From positions 158,660,001 to 158,724,000 of the forward strand of contig CM059431.1 in NCBI GenBank assembly GCA_030390025.1: a DNA stretch of 64,000 nt, written 5' to 3'. The position numbers and the translations under genes are program-made. Numbering within the stretch: the first letter of the stretch is position 1; each line of letters begins with the position of its first letter. This document shows positions 50,296-61,812 of this stretch, piece after piece. The notes below the pieces were generated by a model. The model searched no databases, had not been told where the DNA came from, and saw only the letters and a list, made by a program, of their open reading frames with translations. This stretch comes from Squalus acanthias (Eukaryota).

Positions 50296-50890
50296 AGCAA
50301 CAACAACTTGTATTATATAACACCTTTAACGTAGTAAAACGTCCCACATCGCTTCACATAAGTATGAAAAGAAAATAGATTTGACACCGAGCCACATACG
50401 GAGGAATTAGGGCAGGTGACCAAAAGGTTGGTCAAAGAGGTAGGTTTTAAGGAGCGTCTTAAACGAGGAAAGAGAGGTAGCGAGGCGGAGTGGTTTAGGC
50501 AGGGAATTCCAGAGATTAGGGCCCAGGCAACGGAAGGCACGGCCACCAAAGGTTCAGAAATTAAAATGAGTGATGCTCAAGAGGCCAGGATTAGAGGAGC
50601 GCAGATATTTCGGGGGGATGTGGGGTTGAAAGAGATAACAGAGATCGGGAGGGGCGAGGCCTTGGAGGGGTTTGAAAACAAGGATGAGAATTTTGAAATA
50701 GAGGCGTTGCTTAACCGGGGGCCAATGTAGGTCAGCGAGCACAGGGGTGATGGGTGAAACGGTTGGCGAGTTTTGGATGATCACAAGTTTATGTCGGGTA
50801 GAAAGTCGGAGGCCAGACAGGAGTGCATTGACATACTCAAGTCTAGAAGTAACAAAGGCATGGATGGCGGATTCAGCAGTGGATGGGCTG
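50296..50890 (-). mobile_element. L2 3' fragment
   Basis: Peptide IHAFVTSRLEYVNALL...PITPVLADLHWPPV; CAACAACTTG tail. Confidence 0.85.
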
Positions 50891-51093
50891 TTAAACAGTC
50901 TGTTATAGAAACCGTCAGCCGTTCTGTCCATTAATTTCAACACAATTACAATTGTGCAGGTTCTACAGTGGGCTTGTGGTCTTCCCGGCCAAATTAGCAA
51001 GCAGTGAAGACGGAAATAAATCAGTAATACTCAATTAAAATATTTGCCAAATTATCTGAATCGATCACTTGGGTAAAATAAAAATTGAGTATA

Positions 51094-52370
51094 ACCAACA
51101 TCAACAACTTGTATTGATATAGCGCATTTAGCATAGCAAAATGTCCCAACGGGCTTCACAGGTGTGTTATCAGACACATTTGTAAACGAGTAACATAAGG
51201 ACATGTTAAGAGAGGTGACAACAAGCTTGGTCATAAAGGTAGAATTTAAGGAGCGTGTTAAAGGAGGAGCAAGCAGTCGAGAGGCGGAGTTATTAAGGAG
51301 AGGAATTCCAAAGCTTAGGGCCTGGGCAGCTAATGGTGGGCGATGGAAATTGTTGATGTACAAGATGTCAGAATTAGGGGAACGCGGAGATTTCGTCTGT
51401 TGTACTACTGGAGGAGCTTGCATAGAATGGAGGTGCTGCACAAGGGTCGCATTCGAGCACTGGGATAAGAATTTTAAATTCGAGGCGTTGCTAGAATGGA
51501 CCTACTGTAGGCCAGATTACACATGGGTGAGCGAACCTTGTTGCGAATTAGGATATCGGCAGAAAAGTTTTGGATCAACTGAATTTTCCGGAGGGAGGAA
51601 GGTGAGATGCCGACCATTGGAGCATTGGAAAACTCGAGTATGGAGTTTACAAAAGCATGAAGGCCGGATTCAGTAGCTGATGGGCAGAGACGGGCATATT
51701 ACGGAGGTGGAAGTAGATGATCTTGGCGATGGAGTGGATATGGAGTCGGAAGCTGAGCTCAGGGTCCAATAGGACGCCGAGATGGCTAAATGTCTGATTC
51801 AGCCTGAGGCAGTGGCCAGGGAGAAGCATGGATTCGGTGGCTAGGGAACGGGTTTTGTTGCGGGGAACGAAGGCAATGGCTTCAGTTTTCCCATTATTTC
51901 ATTAGAGGACGTTTCTGCTCATCTAATCCTGGATGTTGGACAAGAAGCGTGACAAAGCAGTGGCAGTGGAGGGGTCATAGAGTTGGTGGTGATGCATATC
52001 TGACTGTCGTCAGCCTACATGTGGAACCTGACGTTGCGCTTTTGGAAGATGTCGTCAAGGGACAGCATGTAGATGAGAAAGAGGTGGGGGGCAAGGATGG
52101 ACCCTTGGGGGAATCCAGAGGTAACGGTGCTGTAGCGATAAGATACGCCATTGCAGGAGATTATTTTGCTATGGCTGGATGGATAATAATGCAAACAGGT
52201 GACGGCTGTCCCACCCAGCTGCACAACGAAGGAAAGGCGTTGGCGGAGGATGCTGTGGTCAACCGTATCAAAGGCTGCAGAGATGTCGAGAAGGATGAAG
52301 AAGGAAAGATCGCCACGATCACATTCACACAGGAAGTCATTTGTAAATTTGATTAGGGCCGTTTGGGAGG
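51094..52370 (-). mobile_element. L2 fragment (RT to 3' end)
   Basis: Peptides SGFPQGSILAPHLFLIYM and HLGVLLDPELSF; tail at about 51097-51125. Confidence 0.82.
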
Positions 52371-53483
52371 CTACAACACGAAAATAACCAGGGCGATTGG
52401 ATTCAAAGGTTGTGAATTTCTGTCTGAATAAACCGATTATCCTTTGTGATGAAGTGAACGTTAGGCGCCCGATGTTATAACATAGTTATGATTCTTTTAA
52501 ACCTTCAAAGAAGATTCACTTGAAAAACGGCTACACAGTCTACCTAGGTGAAACTTGGAATGGACGAGGAATTGTGTAAAACAAAGGAATTAATCGTATT
52601 CATAAGGTGAGTGATGTTAAGGGGAGTTAGATTGAATGGATCGTTCTAAAGATCGTTGTTTCCAACTAATATTTATATTTCCATAACCTACCTGAATTCT
52701 GAAGTTCAACACAAATTGGTCAAAATTGGAAGAACATTTTAAATTAGGATTTAAAATCCAGATGAATGAGGCAGCCAAGGTAATACAGAGGAACTTAGGC
52801 AAAACGTTGAAGTGAATAGAATTATGACAGGTGAAATTCAATGAGCATGCTTGCGAGATGGACAGATTGAAAATTGAGCAGATATTCAATTTGGAACTTG
52901 TGCAGGGGTTGGGGCTGAAAGGACTTGTTGTGCCAATTAGCTCAAGATGACCGTAGGAACCCAGGATGGAGTTGTATCCCTGGGGCCACATATCCAGAAC
53001 TTGCATTTTCATAATTAATTGTCCATCCACAATGGTGTGCAGCTTGCCAACATGCAACATGGGCATGGGGCACAAAAGCCCCCAAAAAACACCTGCCCCC
53101 ATGACGAAATAAGGCAGAAAACTTATCAGTAAAGCAAAGAGAGTGCAAATTATTTTGCCAAATCGCTAGGTATGATTTGACACTGAATTGTATTATGGTC
53201 AGGACACATATCGGGTACTTGATTCACTTCTGATTATTTAAGCACAGAGGAAACATCCAAGACCTAGAAGTTTTACAGCGAACGGCGACCAAGCTAATTG
53301 TAATTATCAGAATTATGAGGGAATGTTGCGTAAATACATATACTACAGACTTGAAAAGTGATCTTAGGACACGTTTCAGTGGACCGCAAAATCCCAGAAG
53401 TAAATTGCAATGACCCTTTGATTCTGAATTTGACGTTTCAGTTCGAAATCGTTAACAATGCCAAACGCTGGTATCCAATTTAC

Positions 53484-53650
53484 CTGATACTCTATGTTAT
53501 CAATTACATCTTTATTCAGTAACGCCAAACCAACAGAATCAGCAAATCTTTCAATAGCAACTTCCAATCTCTGACGGTAGAATTCTGTGATTCTACGAAG
53601 ATCAATGTCTCTGAAACTTGCCAGTAGTTCGTTTATTTGAGCCTCAGGTT
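53484..53650 (-). CDS. NLR exon 2 (first half of the N-terminal helical domain, 167 nt, phase 1-0)
   Basis: Boundaries ctctcgactgtag| and TATCAG|gtaaat; peptide PEAQINELLASFRDIDLRRITEFYRQRLEVAIERFADSVGLALLNKDVIDNIEYQ. Confidence 0.88.
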
Positions 53651-53700
53651 CTACAGTCGAGAGATAAAGGAGAAAGAAAAATGATTACAATAAAAATAAC

Positions 53701-54369
53701 GGACCAGAATTTGCTCTGAGAATACGCTAAATTTGCTTCCGCATGCGCTAAGTCCCGGACTTGCGATCTGTCAGTGTACGCATTGACAGATCATCTGCAC
53801 CAGCTAAGAAAAATCAATTGCTGGCGCAGAGTTGGGCTATTTTCCCAGCAATTACGTACGAAAATGTAACGCTTGATGCAAGCAGACACAGGGCCTTATG
53901 CTTGTTTTAACCATTTTAATCTCGAAAACAGATTGCTTAATTGAATCACATGAGTTCTTTTTCTGCTTCTGCAAAGATTAGAATTTTTAATGATGTTGAT
54001 AATTATTATCAGCAAAATTGTTGTTTTACTAACAGAACTAAGCTTTGGTGGAATTGCTGGAAAGAAGCTAATTAGGGATTAAATTCAAATCCTGTAAAGT
54101 AACAGTAATTAAATCTGATTATGGGATTCCCTTCTGAAATGATGTTAAATCTAAATCTGTTTACTGATTTGCAGCACAGGCCCACATTGTCCCAGGGACG
54201 CTTCCACACAGTCTGCGTCCCTGGGATCTGTGGGCCATTACGCTGCCCTCCAGTATGCAACATCAGAGAGCGAGTTCACGAAGGAGAGGGAACATCAGGT
54301 AGGTTCTTAATCTTTTGACAGATCCGCCTCATACTCCCGAGCAACACCGCAGACTGAAATTTCTAGGCC
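53701..54369. mobile_element. Older Harbinger-type MITE in NLR intron 1
   Basis: Imperfect TIRs GGACCAGAATTT / AAATTTCTAGGCC; CGCATGCGC arm; AT-rich core. Confidence 0.55.
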
Positions 54370-54446
54370 AATATTATGGCAATTATTTCTGACAGATCGG
54401 TAATTGAGTAAAATTTAAGAGATTTGATTTGCATCGCTGGATTAAC

Positions 54447-54495
54447 CTGAATCACTGACATATCTCAGTTTCGGAACTCCACCCGGCTCCTCAAT
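54447..54495 (-). CDS. Candidate NLR exon 1 coding part ((I/M)EEPGGVPKLRYVSDS), phase-1 donor
   Basis: Donor TCAG|gttaat matches the phase of exon 2; no in-frame ATG after the upstream TGA; GCACC-ATT-G at 54495. Confidence 0.45.
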
Positions 54496-54746
54496 GGTGC
54501 CAATAAAAAGAAAAATGTGTTCACTACTGTAGATCAGAGAATCGAAATCACTACTGCCATGTCCTTTCCTAACCTTGGTTCACTATCTGGCTGTGTCGGG
54601 AATAATAAACAGAAACATTCAGAATCTCTACGATCATGTACATCTCCATGTTTAAATCGGAAAAATACTCAACATCTTTGTAAATTTGAAAGGATTCAGG
54701 GAAATAGGAGTTCAATATTTTCTCCTGTACACATTCTCGGATATAT

Positions 54747-57700
54747 CACTGACCCAGCCCTACAGCGGCGCCCCACTTACCCAGCCCAACACCGATACCC
54801 CACTGACCCAGTCCTACACTGACAAACCACTGACACAGACCAACAACTACACCACACTGACCCAACACCGACACCCCACTGAACCAACACCGACACCCCA
54901 CTGACCCAGTCCTACAGCGACAACCCACTGACCCAGACCAACACCGACAACCCACTGACCCAACACCGACACGCCATTGACCCAGTCCTTCACCGATAAC
55001 CCACAGACCCAAACCAACACCGACACCACACTGACCAAGCCCAACAACGACACCTCAAGGACCCAGACCAACACCGACAACCAACTAACCCAGCCCAACA
55101 CCGACACCCCAATGATCCAGACCAACACCGACACCACACTGACCCAGCCCAACACCGACACCACACAGACCCAGCACAACACCGACACCCCACTGACCCG
55201 GCCCAACACCGACAGCACACTGACCCAGCCCTACACCGACACCCCAGAGACCCAGCTCTACACCGACAACCCTCTGTCCCAGCCCAACACGACACCCACT
55301 GACCCAGACCAACACCGACAAAACACGGATCGAGTCCAAAACCGACAACACACTGACCCAGCCCTAAACCGACACCCCACTGACCCAGCCCAACACCGAC
55401 ACCCCACTGAACCAGCACAACACCGAAACATCACTGACCAAGCCCAACACCGACACCCACTGACCAAGCCCAACACCGACACCCCACTGACCCAGCCCAA
55501 CACCGACACCACACTGACCCAGCCCAACACCGACACCACACTGACCCAGCCCAACACCGACACCCCACTGACCAAGCCCAACACCGATACCACACTGACC
55601 CAGCCCAACACCGAAACCCACTGACCCAGCCCAACACCGACACCCCACTGACACAGCCCAACACCGACACCCCACTGACCAGTCCAACACCGACACCCCA
55701 CTGAGACAGCCCAACACCGAAACCCCACTGACACAGCCCAACACCAACACCACACTGACACAGCGCGAAACCGACATCACACTGACACAGCCCAACACCG
55801 ACACCACACTGACCAAGACCACCACCCACACCCAACAGACCCAGTCAAACAACGACACCACACTGATCCAGCCCTACACCGACAACCCACGGACTTAGCC
55901 CTACCCCGACAACATACTGAGCAAGCCCAACACCGGCACCACACTGATCCAGCCCAGCAACGGCACCCCACTGACCCAGCCCTAACCCGACAACCCACTG
56001 TCCTAGCACAGCACCGTCACCCCACTGACCCAGCACCACACCGACACCCTCACTGACCCAGCCCTACACGGACACCCCACTGACCCTGCCCTACCCTGAC
56101 AACCCACTGTCCTAGCACAACACCAAAACAACACTGACCCAGTACTGCACCGACACCCCACTGACCCAGCCCAAACACCCCACTGACACACACTATCCCC
56201 GACACCTTGAGATAACCAACACCGACACCACACTGACCCAGCCCTAAACCGACAACCCAATGTCCCAGCACAACACCGACACACCACTGTCCCAGCCCTA
56301 CACCGACAACCAACCATCCCAGCACAACACCGACACCACACTGACCCAGCCCAACACCGAAACCCCACTGTCCCAGCACTACACCGACATCCCACTGGCC
56401 CAGGCCAACACCGACACCACACTGATCCAGCCCTACACCGACACCGCACCGACCCAGCCCAACACCGACACCCCACTGACTCAGCCCAACACCGACACCC
56501 CACTGGACAAGTCTTACACCGGCAGCCCATTGACCCCATCCAACACCGACACCATCTCTGACACAATAGTGACACCCCACTCACCTTGCCTAGAGACCGA
56601 TAACCCACTTACCCAGACTTGCAACCTCACCCCACTGTGCAAGCCCTACACCAAAAAACAACCTAAAACAGCACAAAAACGACACGCCTCTGACCCAGCC
56701 CAACACTGAATCCTTCACTGGCCCGACAGCGACACCCCACTGACCAAGACCTACACCGAACCCCCACGGACACAGACATACAACGACAACACGCTGACCC
56801 AGCCCTAAACGAAACCCCACTGACCAAGCCCTACACCCAAACACCACTGACCCAGCCAAACACCGTCACCCCACTGACCCAAACAAACAAAGGCATCGCA
56901 CTGACCAAGTTCAACATCAACACCACACGGACCCAGCGCAAACCTGCAACCCCAATGACCCAGCCCAACACCGACACCCCACTGACCCAGACCTACACCG
57001 ACACCCCACTGACCCAGCCCAACACCGACAACCCACGGACCCAGCCCAACACGGACACCAAACTGACCAGGCCCTACACCGATATCCAACGGACCCAGCA
57101 CACCACCCACACCCCACTGACACAGCCAAACACCGACACCACACTGACCCAGCCCTACACCGACACCCCACTGACCCAGCCCAACATCGACACCACACTG
57201 ACCCAGCCCAACACCGACACCCCACTGACCCAGCCCTACACCGACACCCCACTGACCCAGCCCAGCAACGCACCCCACAGCCCCAGCCCTACCCCGACAA
57301 CCCACTGTCCTAGCACAACACCGTCACCCCACTGACCCAGCCCAGCACCGACACCCTCACTGAGCCACACCTACACCGATACCCCCTGACCCAGCCCTAC
57401 ACCGACACCCCACTGACCTGCCCTACCCTGAGAACCCACTGTCCCAGCACAACACCAACACAACACTGACCCAGGCCTACACCGACACCCCACTGACCCA
57501 GCCCAAACACGCCACTGACACACACCATCCCTGACACCTTGATATACCCAACACCGACACCACACTGACCCAACCCTACACCGACAACCCAATGTCCCAG
57601 CACAACACCGACACCCCACTGTCCCAGCCCTACACCGACAACCCACTGTCCCAGCACAAAACCGACACCACACTGACCCAGCCCAACACCGACACCACAC

Positions 57701-59625
57701 TGACCCAGACCTTCACCGACAACCCACTGTCCCAGCACAACACCGACACCCCACTGACACAGCCCAACACCGACACCACACTGACACAGCCCTACACTAA
57801 CACCCCACTCTCCCAGCAAAACACCGACAACCTCACTGACGCAACACCGACACCCCACTGACCCAGGCCAACACCGACACCACACTGATCCAGACCTACA
57901 CCGACACTGCACCGACCCAGCACAACACGGACACCCCACTGACTCAGCCCAACACCGACACCCCACTGGACAAGTCTTACACCGGCAGCCCATTGACCCC
58001 GTCCAACACCGAGACCCTCTCTGACACAATAGTGACACCCCACTCACCTTGTCTAGAGACCGATAACTCACTTACCCAGACCTGCAACCTCACCCCACTG
58101 TGCAAGCCCTACACCAGAAAACAACCTAAAACAGCACAAAAATGACACCCGTCAGACCCAGCCCAACACTGCATCACTCACTGGCCCGACAGCGGCACCC
58201 CACTGACCAAGACCTACACCGAACCCGCACGGACATATACATAAAACGACAACACGCTGACCCATCCCTAAACGAAACCCCACTGACCCAGCCCTACACC
58301 CAAACAACACTGACCCAGCCCAACACCGTCACCCCACTGACCCAAACAAACAAAGGCATCGCACTAACCAAGTGCAACACCAACACCACACGGACCCAGC
58401 GCAAACCTGCCACCCCACTGACCCAGCCCAACACCGATACCCCACTGACACCGCCAAACACCAACACCCCACTGACCCAGCCCAACACCTACACCCCACT
58501 GACCCAGCCCAACACCGACACCCCACTGACTCAGCCCAACACCGACACCCCACTGACCCAGACAAACACAGACAACCCACTGACCCAGCCCAAAAACCGA
58601 CACCCAACTGACACATCTAAACACCGACACCTCACTGACACAGCCCAACACCGAGACCCCACTCACCCAGCCCAGCGCCAAAACACCGCTGACGCAGTCC
58701 TAAACCGACAACCCGCTGATTCAGCCCAACAACGACATCATACTGACCCAGACCAACACCGACAACCCAAAGACCCAGCCCCACACCGACACCACACTGA
58801 CCCAGCCCCATACCGGCACCTCGCTGACCCAGCCCAACACTGACACCGCAATGAAACAATCCCAAACCGACAACCCACTGACAGAGCCCAACAAAGACAC
58901 CCTCACTGATCCAACACCGACACAACACCGACCCAGCCCAACACCGACACCTCACTGACCCAACAGCGACATCGCACTGATCTTGTTCAACACTGACACA
59001 CCACTGACCCAGCCCTACAACGGCACTCCACTGAGTCAGCCTTTCACAGACACCACATTGTCCGAGCCCAAAACTGACACCCCTGCGACACAGCTCAACA
59101 TCGAATTCCTCAATGGCCCGTCAGCGACACCGCACTGACCCAGCGCAACACCGATACCCCACTGACCCAGCCCGACACCGAAACACCACAGAGCCAGCCA
59201 TACAACGACACCCCACTCACCCAGCTCAACACCGACACCACACTGATCCAGACAAACAACGGCACCGCAACTGATACAGTCAATTCCTATACGCCACAGA
59301 CGCAACCCAACACCGACATCCCACTTACACAGCCCAACACCGACATCCCACTGACATAGCCCAACACTGACACACTCACTGACCCAACATCGACACTCCA
59401 CTGACATTGCCCAAGAACGAAACACCACTGAGCCAGCCCTACACTGACAACCGACTGACCTAGACCGAAACCGACCTCCACTGATGCACCCTGCACCGAC
59501 ACCCCAATGACCCTGCCTTACACTGACACCCGACTCACCCAGACCAACACCGACACCCCACTCACCCTGCTCAACACTGCACTTACCCAACTAGACAATG
59601 ACAATGCACGGACCCAGCCCTACCC
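54747..59625 (+). repeat. 27-bp minisatellite, about 180 units, consensus CCAACACCGACACCCCACTGACCCAGC
   Basis: Direct tandem repeats that translate as TQPNTDTPL in shifting frames; degenerate at the right end. Confidence 0.97.
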
Positions 59626-59805
59626 CACGGGATGACATTGCACCGTGTCTGGCACAAGAGGGCGGGCGGTGTAATCTAGGGCACCGAGCACGCATGCTGG
59701 CACTGTAGTTAATCTGGCAGGAATTTGCGGACACGCTGAATGTACGGAAATATATCTGCAGGTCCCAGGGACTGATTCCGAATGAGATGACGTACAGCAA
59801 AGATC

Positions 59806-61812
59806 CTGGCTGGGTTCCTGCCTCTACCAACCTTTCAGGCAGTGAATTCCAGATTCCAACCACCCTCTGGGTGAAAAAGTTTTCCCTCAAATCCCCTCTA
59901 AAACCCCTGCCACTTACGTTGAAACTATGGCACCTGGTTATTGACCCGGTTGTAAGCGGAAAAGTTCCTTTCTATATAAACTATCTATTCCCCTTATAAT
60001 TTTGCACACCTCAATCAGGTCCCTCCTCAGCCTTCGCTGCTCTAAGGAGAACAACCCCAGCCTGTCTAGTCTCTCTTCATAGCTAAAGCGCACCGGCCCA
60101 AGTAACATCCTGGTGAATCTCCTCTGCACCCTTTCCAAAGCAATCACGTTCTTCCTATAGTTTGGCGACCAGAACTGCCCACAGTATTCCAACTGTGTTC
60201 TAACTAACGTTTTGTACAGTTCCATCATAACCTTCCTGCTTTTATATTCTATGCCTCGGCTAATGAAGGCAAGTATCCCATATGCCTTTTAAACCACCTT
60301 AACTAAGTGTCCTCCTGCCTTCAGAGATCTATGTATATGCACACGAAGGTCCCTCTGATCCTCTGTTCTTCCTAAGGTCCTACCATTCATTATGTATATC
60401 TTTGCCTTCTTAGTCCTCCCAAAATGCATCACCTTACACCTTTCAGGGTTAACTTCCATTTGGCACTGTTCTGCTCATCTGACCAACCCGTCTCTATCGT
60501 CCTGTCGCCTGAGGCTTCCCTCCTCGCTATTTACCACTCCAGCAATTTTCGTGTCATCTGCGAACTTACTGATCATACCTCCTACATACATATCTAAATC
60601 ATTAATGTACACTACAAACAGCAATGGACCAGGCACCGTACCCTGCGGTACACCACTGGACACAGGCCTCCAGTCACAAAAACAACCTTCGACCTCACCC
60701 TCTGCCTCCTGCCACTAAGCCAATTTTGGATCCAATATACCAAATTGCCTTGGATCCCATGGGCTCTTAACGTCTTGACCAGTCTCCAATGCGGGACTTT
60801 GTCAAAAGCCTTACTGAAGTCCATTTAGACTACATCAACTGCACAACTCTCTTCCACACACCTAGTTACCCCTCGAAAAATTAAATCAGATTGGTTAGAC
60901 ATGATCTCCCCCTGACAAAGCCGTGCTGAGTATACTTGATTAATTATTGCCTCTCGAAGTGAAGAATAATTCTGTCACTCAGAATTGTTTCCAATAATTT
61001 CCCGAACACTGATGTTAGGCTCACTGGTCTGCAGTTCGCTGCTTTATCCCTACTACCCTTCTTGAATAATGGGAACTCGTTAGCTGACCTCCAGCCCACT
61101 GGCACCTCCCGTGTGGCCAGAGAGTATCTGAAAATTTGTGTCAGATCCCCTGCAATCTCCTCCCTTGCCTCACACAGCATCCTGGGATACATCCAGTCTG
61201 GGCCTGGGGATTTATCCATATTTAAGCCGACTAAAGCCGACAGTGCCTCCTCCCTCTCAATGATAATTTGTTCAAGTATATCACAACACCCCTGCCTGAT
61301 TTATATGCCTACTTCGTCCTTCTCTATAATGAAAACATATGCAAAATATTCATTTAAAACCTCACCTACATCTTCCGGCTCTGCACACAGATTGCCACTT
61401 TTGTCCCAAATGGGCCCTACTCTTACCCTGGTTATCCTCTTGCCCTTAATATACTTATAAAACACCTTGGGATATTCCTTCAGTTTGCAAACCAGTGTTT
61501 TTTATTGACCCCTCTTCGCACTCCTAATTTCTTTCTTAAGTACCGCTCTGCACATTCTATACTCTTCTAGGGCTTCCACTGTTTTTGGTACTTTGTATCT
61601 GCCAAAAGGCTCAATTTTTTTCCTAAATCCATTCTTGTATATCCCTTGACATCCAGGATTCCCTGGCCTTGTTGGTCCCACCCTTGACTTTTACGGGAAC
61701 ATGTTGGAACTGTACTCTCTCTATTTCCTTTCTGAATAACTCCCACTGCTCTGATATGGATTTTCCTACAAGTAGCTGATCCCAGTCCACTTTGGCAAGA
61801 TCCTCCCTTATC
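59806..61812 (-). mobile_element. CR1 ORF2 fragment
   Basis: Peptides DKSPGPD, MDFSKAFDKVP, SGVPQG, FADDTKI and RENFFTQRVV. Confidence 0.92.

Noticed and set aside
52620..52900. Possible very old CR1 RT remnant
   Set aside because: Only faint resemblance (IQRNLGK...QVKFN); too weak to call.
54746..59590. Mucin-like (TQPNTDTPL)n and Gly/Val/Cys-rich ORFs
   Set aside because: They come from a stop-poor 27-bp repeat, open in many frames on both strands with frequent frame-breaking indels, and have no signal peptide or splice support.
54747..59625. CRISPR array or Ig switch region
   Set aside because: There are no unique spacers or cas genes and the context is vertebrate. GGGCT/GGGGT pentamers occur, but AGCT motifs are scarce and no Ig exons are nearby.
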